This document shows positions 52,635 through 63,463 of a stretch of 64,000 nucleotides of DNA, piece by piece. Numbering within the stretch: position 1 is the stretch's first letter; each line of letters starts with the position of its first letter. Origin of the DNA: Psilocybe cubensis (lineage: Eukaryota); assembly GCA_017499595.2 (NCBI GenBank), contig CM039006.1:2914001-2978000 (forward strand), written 5' to 3'. Made by a program: the position numbers and the translations under genes. Under the pieces are notes generated by a model. That model saw only the letters and a program-made list of their open reading frames with translations. It did no database searches and was not told the origin of the DNA.

Positions 52635-54800
52635 GGGCACCAGGAAATCAGCGTGGTTAGCCCGCGTGCGACCTATTTTTGCGTGCCACGCATAAATGTG
52701 AATCAGCAAATTTGCGTGTCTTTCACAAAACGTTGCGTGCGAAATACTACATGTCGCGTGTACATGATATGTAAATGCGTGCAGCATTGTTGAAGTACCG
52801 TGCTATTTGCGTGCATAATTTCGTATAAGATTCACATGAAGATCCGTGAATATTACGCTATTTCCTGCAAGGAATGTAGTATGCTACGCATCCAGTTGTA
52901 ATAAATAATCAATTGTCCAGCGAATTGTACTCTTTCCACCTGAGCCGCATTGTTAACCATCCCATTGATAGGTCCTTCCAGAGGCTTGTCTTTGATTAAA
53001 TTAGAACGCATGAAGCTGGATTGAACAGATATAACAGTCACTACTCCAACTGTGGAATAAATAACAAAACCCGGGTGCCCCTCCATAAAGCATGTAAATT
53101 CTGAAATAAAAGAGTCTCCTCCAAGGTCTTCACCAAGAGATTTTTGCCATAGATTAAATCTTTCTTTTGCCACCCGATCTGGGTTCAGGTATACGTCGGA
53201 TATTTCTGCAACGAATTCACCAGGCTCAAACCGGGTACACCAACAATGAGTCCCAATGGTCAAGTATTCGGATGTGCTTTGACCAAAGCTTCAAATATGT
53301 CCTTTTGGTCTGAAAGAGCATGAAGAATGCGGCCAGGACGACGATGTTTGTGGACCCCTGTGTTGTAGAAATGGCCACCGCCAGACCGCCTCCAGGTATA
53401 TGACACAACGTTACAAGTTTGTCGTATCAAATAGGAACCACAGAGACAGAATTCCTTCATTTACATAATTATGGATTGTGGGCTGGTCTTTGGACGTATC
53501 AAAATCGTACAGTCCTGTTTATCGCATATGATTGCACCTAGACAGCGCCTTGAAGCGCATTTTCCCTTTCTCCATCTATTTGCATTATCATCCCCGTATC
53601 TGTCACCGCCATTGCTTTATGCGCCCAGTGAATGAGAAGCTTGCCGGTCTTTTCAAAGAAGAAGTCATAAATCAAAGATGAGAAAAGAAGTATGAGGAAA
53701 GAACTGGAGAGTAGAATGATTATTGACCTCGAAAATTGATACCCTTTATATAGGTTGTATGTATTTGTTACTAGATTATATTATGCCTGCTTGTGGAGCC
53801 TAGAGGTAGTGAAACCTGAGGAACAAGGCACATAGATACCAAACAGGAACACAACTACCTACTACAATATACTCATTTAATGAGTTCACTGCCATTGAGT
53901 TTCACTTTTAATTTATTTGAGATCTTTGAAACATTCAATATCAATGCCAAGGTCAAAATTCAATATATCTAATGGTACATTCAGACATGTTTTGCGGTAG
54001 AATAATCCAAAACGCATTATTTCCTACTAGCGTGCAAGCTTAAATTGCTTGCGGGGCCATTGCGTGCAGATCACAACTGTTTGCGTGTCAATTGCACGCA
54101 CTTAATTGGGTCGCGTGCCGTCGCGTGCCATCGCGTTAACGTGGGAAAGTGGGTCGCGTGCTACTTGCGTGGCAAATGCGTGCGATTGAGTGCACCTAGC
54201 GTGCTGTGGTGTCACGCTGGTGGTCGTTCAACAACATAAGTTGCATGTCAAAAAGACAAAATTGTCGTTTTTTCCAAGTTCACCATTTGAACGGATATTA
54301 CCGATCATAAACCTTTGCCGATTTTATTGCCGACTCTTGGTTGCGGAGTCGGAGATTGTTGCAAGGCATGCCGAGGGACACGGCATACCAGACCATCCCT
54401 TGAGTTCATTGTTTGTATGGCCCCTATAACAACAAATTGAAGTTCTACCGTTTCCGAGCCTCAATCACCCACACTGACCGTGTAGTATAGACTTTTAAAG
54501 GCATATATGTTAATTAATTCAAATACAGCATAAACCATGTAATAACCTACATTCTAACTGCTTGATACCCGTAGTGCTGGCCGACATAGTACAAGGGCAT
54601 ACTAACAATACATTAAATAATTATAAATGAACGCTAACGATCACTGTTACATTAAAATCCTATGTGTGACACGGTTGTGACAATGCGTGCAGCACACATC
54701 AATATGCGTGCAGAACATAGTTGTTGCGCAAAAATGCGTGTCACGCAAGCACACGCAAAAACGCACGCACGCGAACAGCCACGCTGATTTCTGTATGCCC
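52635..54800 (-). mobile_element. Defective Mutator-like (MULE) DNA transposon, 2166 bp, 9-bp TSD, carrying a GCM/WRKY-type Zn-finger transposase remnant
   Basis: TIRs gggcaccaggaaatcagcgtggttagcccgcgtgcg and cgcacgcgaacagccacgctgatttctgtatgccc; exact 9-bp direct repeat GTTTTTTTC at 52626-52634 and 54801-54809; GCGTG subterminal repeats; broken ORF at 52853-53460 (CLCG...TC...GVHKHRRP...HP..PLGLIVG.PG...GGDSFISEF...HPGFVI...VISVQSSFM...INGMVNNAA). Confidence 0.88.
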
Positions 54801-54844
54801 GTTTTTTTCTGGCTCGTTCTCCATGTTAGTAAACTGGTTTAGAT

Positions 54845-55609
54845 ATATGACACGATTTTCCGTTGAAAATGCGAAGTGGCTGTCATCTGGGTTTGGTCAG
54901 TACAAAAATAGCAAGTCCAGAACCTTAGTACGTACATTAGTGTTAGGTTTTGTAATGTGCTACTTAGTTCTTAGTGCATACACCCTGAGTCGAACAACAC
55001 ATTGTGGTGTGGTCGTACTGGGGCCTTGCTCTGTACTGACGTATGGAAAAGTTTTCTTAATAGCAATACAGTACTATAGGGCTAACATCAACATAAACCA
55101 AGGTCAATTATCTTTTATACAACCCTCATGATTATTTCCCAGATTCCCTGATATTTTCTCATTTCCAACCTGTCTCGTCTTCTTTGGCTTCATGATGGAA
55201 AATGTAATTGTACCGGAAGCATCCACGGCATGATGGATTTCCCAGCATTATGCTTCGCCGTGCATAGGCCGATAGAAAGTCAGAAGAATAACAGATTTTT
55301 TGGAATAAATAAAAGTTTAATTATCTACTGAAACGGCTGCCGTAGGTATGCACATACTCAGAGGGACCCTCCCTATATCATTATCTACCTGTAAGCCGTA
55401 GATTTTTATCAAAGCCACGACCTGACCACGACCTGACCACGACACAAGTTTAGATTTACCACGGTCTGTGCTAAATTTAACTAAATACCAGGTACCTGGA
55501 TGTTCACACATTCAAAAAGTAAGTACTACAGTATAAGGAAAGGCCGGAATCTAGCCAGTACAATGGTACTTCTAAACGTTCGCTTTTTCAACGGAAAATC
55601 GTGTCATAT
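54845..55609. mobile_element. Non-autonomous TIR element (MITE-like), 765 bp, 5-bp TSD, inside an intron of the pseudogene
   Basis: 31-bp TIRs atatgacacgattttccgttgaaaatgcgaa and ttcgctttttcaacggaaaatcgtgtcatat (1 mismatch), flanked by direct repeat TAGAT at 54840-54844 and 55610-55614; removing it restores a normal-length intron. Confidence 0.85.
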
Positions 55610-56665
55610 TAGATGCTACTGATTTTTCCGGACCTTGATGGCTAATGCTTTTAATCGTAGTCTATACTAGACGAAGTGCCTCCAGGATTTTGCATTGCAC
55701 TACCATGTGTGGTCTCAAATCGTCTAGTTCTAAACATGTGTAGAGTAGCATTTCATGAATCAGCAAAAGGGCCAGTAGGGGAAGAAGTGACGAGGAACCC
55801 CGTCAGTGTATACCTGTACAGTTTTTTATCTCTATCGGAGGGCCGGGTATCTCGCAGGGACATAATATCCCGTCGTTAGATACAACGATCGATGAAACAA
55901 GGTTCGTGACTCGGTACTTGTCCATTACATACCAGCTAACCCATTTTCTCTCATTGACAGCAAAAGTCAGAGCAGGAAATACGTGCCTCCGTTCATTCAT
56001 ACTATACTTTACTTTCTAAAAATGAAGCCTTGGGTTTGTTAAAATATATATCTGGCTCACCGTCTTCCAACGATTCTGTGATATATGACTACAAGAAATC
56101 AATGATATTGTTCTTTCAAGTGAATTGGTCACGCGAATCAGCCATGATCATTCGGAACTTGGAACTTAGTTACCTCTGGATGAGGGGCGCAGTTTGCAGG
56201 GTTATCGAGGCAGTTTTCCCAAAGTAAAGACATCTGCTGTTTCTGATATCTCTTTGTACACGAATCAGAAATCAGGATGCGTATATCAACCCAAGAATCA
56301 AGCGCAGTATAGAATGCATGGTGAAGTGAGGTGGTGTCTGCGAGACACGTGGACGTAGCTGCATGTTGCGACGGCTAAAATAAATACGCAGATTAGGATA
56401 TCTTGAACAACATACCTACGTTAAAATATACCGGATGTGGCGGTATTGTGTGAAGGACTTGATGAAAATTGCCTACATCAGATCTTAACCATGTACTGTG
56501 CTATCCGCAGTGGGAGTCAAGGTAATTAGTAGAGCAGTACGCCAACCTATTAATAATGAAGTGGTCTCCTGCCAATGGCCACCTGAAGATTGTGATTTCC
56601 CACCCGTTGACGTGTCGAGGTTTCAGTGTGTTTCAGATAGAAGTGTTAATTAAAGCCTCAACAAG

Positions 56666-56674
56666 TATATAAAA
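56666..56674 (+). promoter_or_regulatory. Putative TATA box of receptor copy 12
   Basis: TATATAAAA about 80 nt upstream of the ATG at 56754. Confidence 0.4.
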
Positions 56675-56753
56675 CTATTTGCCTAGTGCTAGTGCTTTTT
56701 TGGCAGGCGCATAACAGCGAATCCTTGTTCACACACCCAGTGACATCCTGCCA

Positions 56754-58429
56754 ATGTATTCATTGTGGAGCGTGTTCTGGGACATCAGAACCACTCGTTA
56801 CTGCTACTGTGGGTGATATTTCTGTTAATTTTTGACTGAAGAGCCCAGCTTCTCATGATTTTAAACCTTTCAGTGTCTGCGACGTGTATGATTCTCTTTG
56901 ATCATTGTCCGTTTTCTATTTGTTACAATTTTCACTGGAAGTCTCATGAGTATAACGATTACAGTAATTACACTGGATCAAGAGGTAAATTTCCCACCTT
57001 GAACTTTTAGCAAAGCTTATACTTTATACAGGTCGAACTAATATGGGTACGTTCATCACGACTTCACTTGCAGCGAAACTGAACGAATCTTTGACAGATG
57101 GGTGCTTGGTCAATGGGAAAGATATTATTTCTAGCTGTAGGTACAGACATGCCGCTAGTGAAATAGCTGATCGAGTTATTTTTTTTGGTAGAATCGATAC
57201 TATGTGCTCGCCTCTGTTATGTGTGTATAATCGATATACGGTACCATTTTTTCGTATGATGCTCACCGATATGCTGTAACCAGATTCAATGCCTACGGTA
57301 ATAACATTTGCGACTACTATGAGTATAAATCTCACGCCGTAATTCCGAAGTGATGTACTTTTCGATGTTCAATGACATAGTAAGTTGGTCTTCGGATTCA
57401 TTAGTCAATCTCTTGCTGAATATTTGAAAAGAGCTGTGAGTTTGTAGCTACATGTCCTCAGATTCTGGCATGGAGCGCACCTAATGTCAATACAGGCTTG
57501 AGTTTTATTCGTTGGCAGGGGTGGACATGCTTAGCGGTTAGTATGATGGCTGAAGGTACCAGTTATGCGACGCATATTCCATTTCTGCCTTGCTTATCCT
57601 GTTGTAGGAATACTCCAGATCAGGATTTTCGCGCTTTATCTGTTGAACAAGCGTGTAATAATCACCGTACTGACATTGTTTGCGTTATCGTCCGCCCTTT
57701 CCGCTATAGTAATGGGATACGTACTGAGTATATTAGAAGGTCAGAATTCTTCATCCCCAATTGCTGGCGTTCAATCTCATGTTTTTGTCAACAGCAACCG
57801 AGTTTAATGACCCTGGAGGGGTTTTCTGCATAACGAAAAGGAGACAGAATCCTTTCTATGTCTTTTGGATACCAACTATCTGTTTTGAAGTTCTTCTTTT
57901 TACACTAGCATTGTTCCGGTCGATAACCTTATCGAAATCTATCGAACTCGGGGAAGGAGAAACGACGGTGTTTAGAAGTGGTCAACGCATGGTGATTATT
58001 CTTTTCCGTGACTCTCTCATATATTTCTTAGCGTGAGCATCTCAACCTACGTTGTTTTATCCACATAAACATACACTAATGATTTGCATCTCATTTTCAG
58101 AATTGGAGCGATTTATTTGACCGCAATGATCTTCTGGATGGTAGCTCGTGTCAGTGAGATGCCAGAGATTCCATCAGATCCTCGGTGAAGAATAAGTGTG
58201 CTAATACCTGATTTTATAGCCCGAGTTAGGTCAAGTTCCTTTGGGATTTTGCGCGGCCTTTCCAAGTGTATTAGCCAACCGCCTTGTTTTGAACATTCGC
58301 AGTATCCTTTCACACAGCGTTACACAGACGTCATCTCCACCAGAGCTCACAGAAAACCCTCTCAGCGGATCCGGGTACCACTTCCGCACGTATCACGAAG
58401 ACACCAGGAACTTTGAAAGCATGCTTTGA
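56754..58429 (+). CDS. 7TM GPCR-like membrane protein, DUF6533 family, copy 12 (about 14 exons)
   Basis: MYSLWSVFWDIRTTRYCY / SATCMILFDH / ITLDQE / VELIW / MGAWSMGKILFLA / NRYYVLASV / SCLSFIRWQGW / ILQIRIFALY / GVFC..FWIPTICFEVLLF..LFRDSLIYF / QVPLGFCAAFPSVLANRLVLNIR. Confidence 0.88.
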
Positions 58430-60245
58430 TATATCAACATCTGATTCCTGGTACAAAACTACCTTCCACAACACGAAGGAAGGCTTCTGGGGTTAACTAT
58501 CCGGTGATAGGATCCTACGTTGTCTATGGCTGAAGACTCCAACGCACCCGCGCTTCAAGTTTCGACTGACTGATGAATCTCGCATGGAACATTAAATTAC
58601 GTTAATAGTCAGTTAATTATTTCAAGACCCACCACCGTTGCATTTTGTATCAATTTTTCATTATACTATCCGTTAATTAATGATTTTCAATGTCGGACCA
58701 TCAAACACCGGACACGATGATGGTGATATTTAAGGACAGCGATGCCCACGCACCATGCGCCAATCCATTGATAGACCCAAGCTATACTTACACGTACGAG
58801 GCTGCGCATGTCATCAGGGTCAAGACACAGCGACCAACCACCACAAAACCATCATACTCACGGGATTGTGTCAAGCTGACGCTGATCGTACTCGCATCCC
58901 GATGTCAAGGTAGGTAGGAATTAAAACATCAGGTGGAATAGCCTCGGTATGATGCCTCCTAGGTAATACCGTTTTGCGCATGTCATATCACAGAAGCTGA
59001 GATGGTTGCGCAGAGAAAATTTACTGGGGCCACTGACCACAATGGGGGCTTGCCACTGATCGCAGTGCAGTGGCATACCGACAGTGATGGACAAGCGCTT
59101 ATACATACACCATGACGGGAACAAATTGCCAAGCGACAGTTTCCCGCAGGCGAGCACTCCAAAGCACTCACTATGAGAACCAGCAAACAAGACGAGTTCA
59201 CATGGTTAAACACACTGGTACTTGCTAAGCAGAGGGTGTAGTTCGAGACTTTTGTGGGGTTCACATATAACGCAGATACAACGTACGGCCAGAGCTTGTT
59301 TCCATCTCACTTCCGCGAACAGGAAGATTAGATTAAGGAATGGAAATCTTATCGCGGCTAGATAAGATCATCCCACCTTGATAACTTCGGAAAGCTGTAC
59401 AGTTCGCAATGACTCTCTTCACCCCCCCCTGTCAGAGTGAGTCACTGAGTTATCTAATAGAGATGATGTCAACCGCCGGAAAGCAAATACTCGGAAGCAG
59501 AAATCCATCCAGAATGTATGTGCAAAGGTCAGAGCCAGCAAAACCAAAGCAGGAGTCCAATCGTCCCTAGCAGAAAACATGTTGTTGCAGGCGAGGCGGT
59601 GGAGAAGTTTTAGACATCAAAATCACCACTTTGACTTCGTAAAGATAGTGCTGAAAGACTATGAGCAGCAAAATTGTGGTATAGCAGCTCCAACCTAAAG
59701 AGAAATAGAATTCAAAAGTATCAGTTCACAGCCCGAGGCCGATATGCCTCACCAAGTCAATTTGGCCTTTATCGTGCCGTCAAATGCTACTGTCAGGCAG
59801 TTAATCCACGCAAAGGACAGCTGTACTTGGATTTCCGGGTTCCCAAACTGGGCTCGAGGTGGCCAGCCTCGTGATGTGAAGATAAAAATGGCTGCCTGCA
59901 GGCAAACATGCTAGGGCAGGCGTGCTATGCCCCAGCGGTTCCGAGGGGTATGACACGCAGTCCAGCTTGGGCAGGTTTTGTGTGTGCATGTTATTGGCCA
60001 ATGCCTCTTTGCGCATATCATATCGGACGAGTACTTACGGGAACTCCAAATATACCCTCCTTTCCGCAGAGTCATATATTCCACTCGCCTCCGATTCTTT
60101 TCCCTCCTACCTTCTTCCCTTCCTTTCCTGAACCACGACGAAGATACAGCAGCTAACTGTATCTCAGCAACATAAAACATTGTGAGTCGATCACGATCCT
60201 CAACTGCTCGGGCTGATCAGAAGTGGAGGAATTGAATACGACACG

Positions 60246-61085
60246 ATGCCTGGAATCATCCAAACAGAGTACGACGACGGGAGGGCCATCCGCGTCGGGC
60301 CCTACAGCGAAAGTAAGCTCCTGCAACCGCAAAATCACGTCCCAACCACACCCACCTGGCAACCGCACACCCAAAAGACGCCCACTGCGCATCGCGGTCC
60401 CCCTTCATTCCGAAGCCGGCCTCCTCCACTTGAAATACCCGCTGCACCATCCTGGACAGCGTACGGTTTGAACGAGCCGCAATGGATCCCAGGAGGACCA
60501 GCACCGATGATCTACAACCTCTCTCCGTATGCAAGAGTCGCTCTCCCCCCACTCGTCGATATCCATCCCATGTTGGTGTTCGACATGTACCAAGGCGACA
60601 ACCCTGCCCTCTTCTGGACGATTGACCAACCGCCCAAGTACGCGGTCCCGACTCCCGGAAGGTCCAGTGAGAATCTGTACCACTGGAAGATGTTCCCCGC
60701 CACGAACCCGCCGTCCACCGCGCCCATAAACATACAAATCGAGAAATTCCCATCGCTCCTCGTCGTCGCGTCTTCATCAGATGGCAGCGTAGTCACGATT
60801 TATGACGTCCTGTCCGCGGTGTACACCGGTGCGCGCCGGGGTGCGATGGAGCTGTTTTGTCGTGCGCTCGGGCTGGATCCTCGTATGTTGAACTCGAATG
60901 AAATGGAGGTTTATGGCCGGATGGTTACGCGGGATAGCAGTCAGCGAGGCCCGACAATGGGTCAGGACGAGGTGAGCTCGAATGTGCGCTCGACGATGGG
61001 GTTCCAGACGCGGTGGGCTGGGCTGGCACCGAGTCGACACCAGGAAAACGTATGGGTGCTACACACCTTGTCCATTGCGCGGTGA
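60246..61085 (+). CDS. DUF6699-like basidiomycete protein with Pro-rich N-terminus, 279 aa, intronless
   Basis: IHPMLVFD...LFWTIDQPP...PATNPP...VVTIYDVLSAVY...MGFQTRWAGLAPS...WVL pattern; GC-rich coding-like composition. Confidence 0.75.
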   Translation: MPGIIQTEYDDGRAIRVGPYSESKLLQPQNHVPTTPTWQPHTQKTPTAHRGPPSFRSRPPPLEIPAAPSWTAYGLNEPQWIPGGPAPMIYNLSPYARVALPPLVDIHPMLVFDMYQGDNPALFWTIDQPPKYAVPTPGRSSENLYHWKMFPATNPPSTAPINIQIEKFPSLLVVASSSDGSVVTIYDVLSAVYTGARRGAMELFCRALGLDPRMLNSNEMEVYGRMVTRDSSQRGPTMGQDEVSSNVRSTMGFQTRWAGLAPSRHQENVWVLHTLSIAR

Positions 61086-61728
61086 TTCAGCATCAGATGA
61101 CCGAAGAAGAAACTATCCATCCGCATAGGAGAGTATCGTACCACGACGTTCGAAAGTAATCCTTCACCGCGACGACGACAAGGCGATGGTGCAACTTCAA
61201 CAACGAAAACCGCGTCTTGGGCAGGCAACCACGTGATTGGCGTATGTTTGGTGTAGACCGAAAACGTAAAACGACAGGCACAGCCACAGAGTCGGGAGCA
61301 ATGTGGGGTCCCCATCCAGACGCCCACCTAAATTTCACCTAGCTATAGGTAGAACATATCTTCGCAGCCGATGTCACTTGGAATTCCGGCGTATCATCTC
61401 AATATATCAGTCTGTGTTATTTTTTTTGCGAAGAAGTTTCTGTACACAACTTGAAGCTTGAAGAATGTCTCGGAATTGTAGTGTCAGTCTGAGTAAGCCA
61501 CACAAGTAGAGTTTCCTGGTATAATCGACGTTCAATATATCTCGAGAGATCACGTAAATACACGGATAGGAAACAGTATATGTTGCATATCAGCTTACGC
61601 AGAGTCCGCGTCGGATTATCTCTACATTGCACGCGTTTGTGTGGATTAGTAACCCGACCAACCCTGCAGAGAGTGCTTATAAACCTCTTACCATCGACAC
61701 CATATCCCCACATCAACTCTGAACGACC

Positions 61729-62706
61729 ATGACCACTCTCATCACAGGCGGAACAGGAAAGACAGGGTTACACCTCGCCAACCTCCTCCACCAAGCCGGG
61801 CACCCAGTCCTAATCGCATCCCGCTCCGGAACCGCACCCGCCCCATTCCAATCTTCCACCGTAAAATTCGACTGGCTAAATCCCGACACACACAAAAACC
61901 CATTCACCATCGACGCCAACATCGAGCGCGTGTACCTTGTCGCCCCGAACCACGTGTATGACCCGCTTCCTAGTATGCAGCCGTTCCTTGACTTGGCGGT
62001 ATCGAAGGGCGTGAGGCGATTCGTGCTGCTTACTGGATCGCAGTGGCATATTGGAGAGCTTCCGCTAGGGACAGTCCATCAGTACCTGCTAAATCTGAAC
62101 GTCGAATACGCGGTTATCAAGCCAACGTGGTTTATAGGTAAACCGAGTTTTCAAGAGTCAGGCTAAATGACTGATAAACCAGTCGCTAGACAACTTTGCA
62201 TCGCTGTTCTTGGCTAGTATCCGGGATAGAGACGAAGTTTTCTCTGCTGCGGGTGACGGGCGCATTCCATTTGTGTCAGCTGAAGACATCGCGCACGCAG
62301 CGTTCGAAGCGCTCACGGCTAAACAATCCCCCAATAAAGAGTACTTCGTCCTCGGCCCGGAGCTATACACCTACGAAGAAGTAAGCCGTCTCCATCTCCA
62401 CTCAATCGTACGCTGTCTGACATGCGTTACCGTCACTTCAAGGTGGCGAAGCTGTTTTCCACCGTCCTAGGCCGCGAAATCCGGTACAGGCGCCTGAGTG
62501 TCGAAGAACAGACGCAGATTTTCGCAAGTGTGATGCCAGCCGAGTACGCGCGCAAGCTGGCTGGAACTGAGCAATTGGCATCACAAGGCGCAGAAGAGAA
62601 GCTTTTCAGAGAGGGTGGGGAGAAGAGTTTTATCGGGAAGCAGACCTTATTGGGGTTCATCGAGAAGAATAAAAATATATGGGTTAAGAAGGGTGATGCT
62701 GCGTAG
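61729..62706 (+). CDS. NmrA-like atypical SDR, similar to the agroclavine dehydrogenase (EasG) family; introns 62138-62189 and 62381-62442
   Basis: MTTLITGGTGKTG Rossmann motif, IASRSG, VKFDWLNPDTH..PF, GVRRFVLL, KPTWFIDNF, AAGDGRIPFVSAEDIA, LGPELYTYEEVAKLFSTVLGREI; TATAAA about 50 nt upstream. Confidence 0.9.
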
Positions 62707-63463
62707 TGTAATGGAATCACCCTCTACCGCCATTGTTACTCATTTTCCTTGTACTGCGATACCCCGATTGATTGCAGGAAATCAATCTACATACCTATCT
62801 GTAATTCGGCACAATGCAATGAAGTGATATGGGTATTGATGTTGGAAGTGTCAGTGAACGAGGTCAACAAGCTGCACCGGCGCATTCACATACGTACCGT
62901 GTAGTATATCCGAGTGTTTGAACATCGTGTTTGAGAAAGTCTAATCGCTATAAATTGTGCATAGCGTGATCTATCGTGTATACGTCAAAAGAAGTGCATG
63001 ATAGGCTGTATCCGAAGTCGAATAAAGAGATTGCGTCAAATGACTTAGCGTATTTCGACCATGGGTGGGTTATTTGGGAAGCGGCAGTAGCAGATTCGGC
63101 TCTAACTGTGTGTTACCATACTGGAAATCAATACACCGTTTAAAATTTTCTGGCAGGTGTACCTTTTTCGAATTCTAGGTGTGGTTTGCAATTCAACGAA
63201 AACAAACGATAAAAGAAACGGTATGGCTTCAATCAGACTGGCATCCAGATTGAAACCCGCAGAAAAGGCTCCAAATATCAATAGATGCCCGACTCAGCGG
63301 ATAGACTCTTTTTTTACAACATATTTTTCAAGAAGGTCTTCTAATCCCATCGACGTGTGTCGACGTGCATCGACAACGAGGCACTATCAACATCCGTGAG
63401 TGCCATCTAAACCCCTTTTATTCATAATGACTAGGGAGATCAAATAAATTTGATCAGGGTCTA

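Larger units (their letters stand above)
51890..55879 (+). pseudogene. DUF6533-family 7TM pseudogene (copy 11): 5' half lost, frameshifted, interrupted by two transposon insertions
   Basis: Exon LSC..FFAFWIPILSFEALLC..LVQDSVLYF has a 1-nt loss (tat ttt tag) at about 52530; exon IGATYATTVFF|WLVLH is split by the 52635-54800 element; last exon EVPPGFCIALPCVVSNRLVLNM follows at 55661-55879. Confidence 0.85.

Noticed and set aside
5172-58429. Interpretation as a B mating-type (STE3 pheromone receptor) locus
   Set aside because: The proteins lack STE3 signatures I would recognise, and I found no convincing CAAX-terminated pheromone precursor ORFs, though this search was by eye and not exhaustive
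60153-61338. Many overlapping ORFs around the DUF6699-like gene
   Set aside because: GC-rich antisense and alternative-frame shadows of the real 60246-61085 CDS
61729-62706. Ergot alkaloid cluster suggested by the EasG-like gene
   Set aside because: No DMATS prenyltransferase or other eas genes in the window, and EasG-like NmrA proteins are common stand-alone genes
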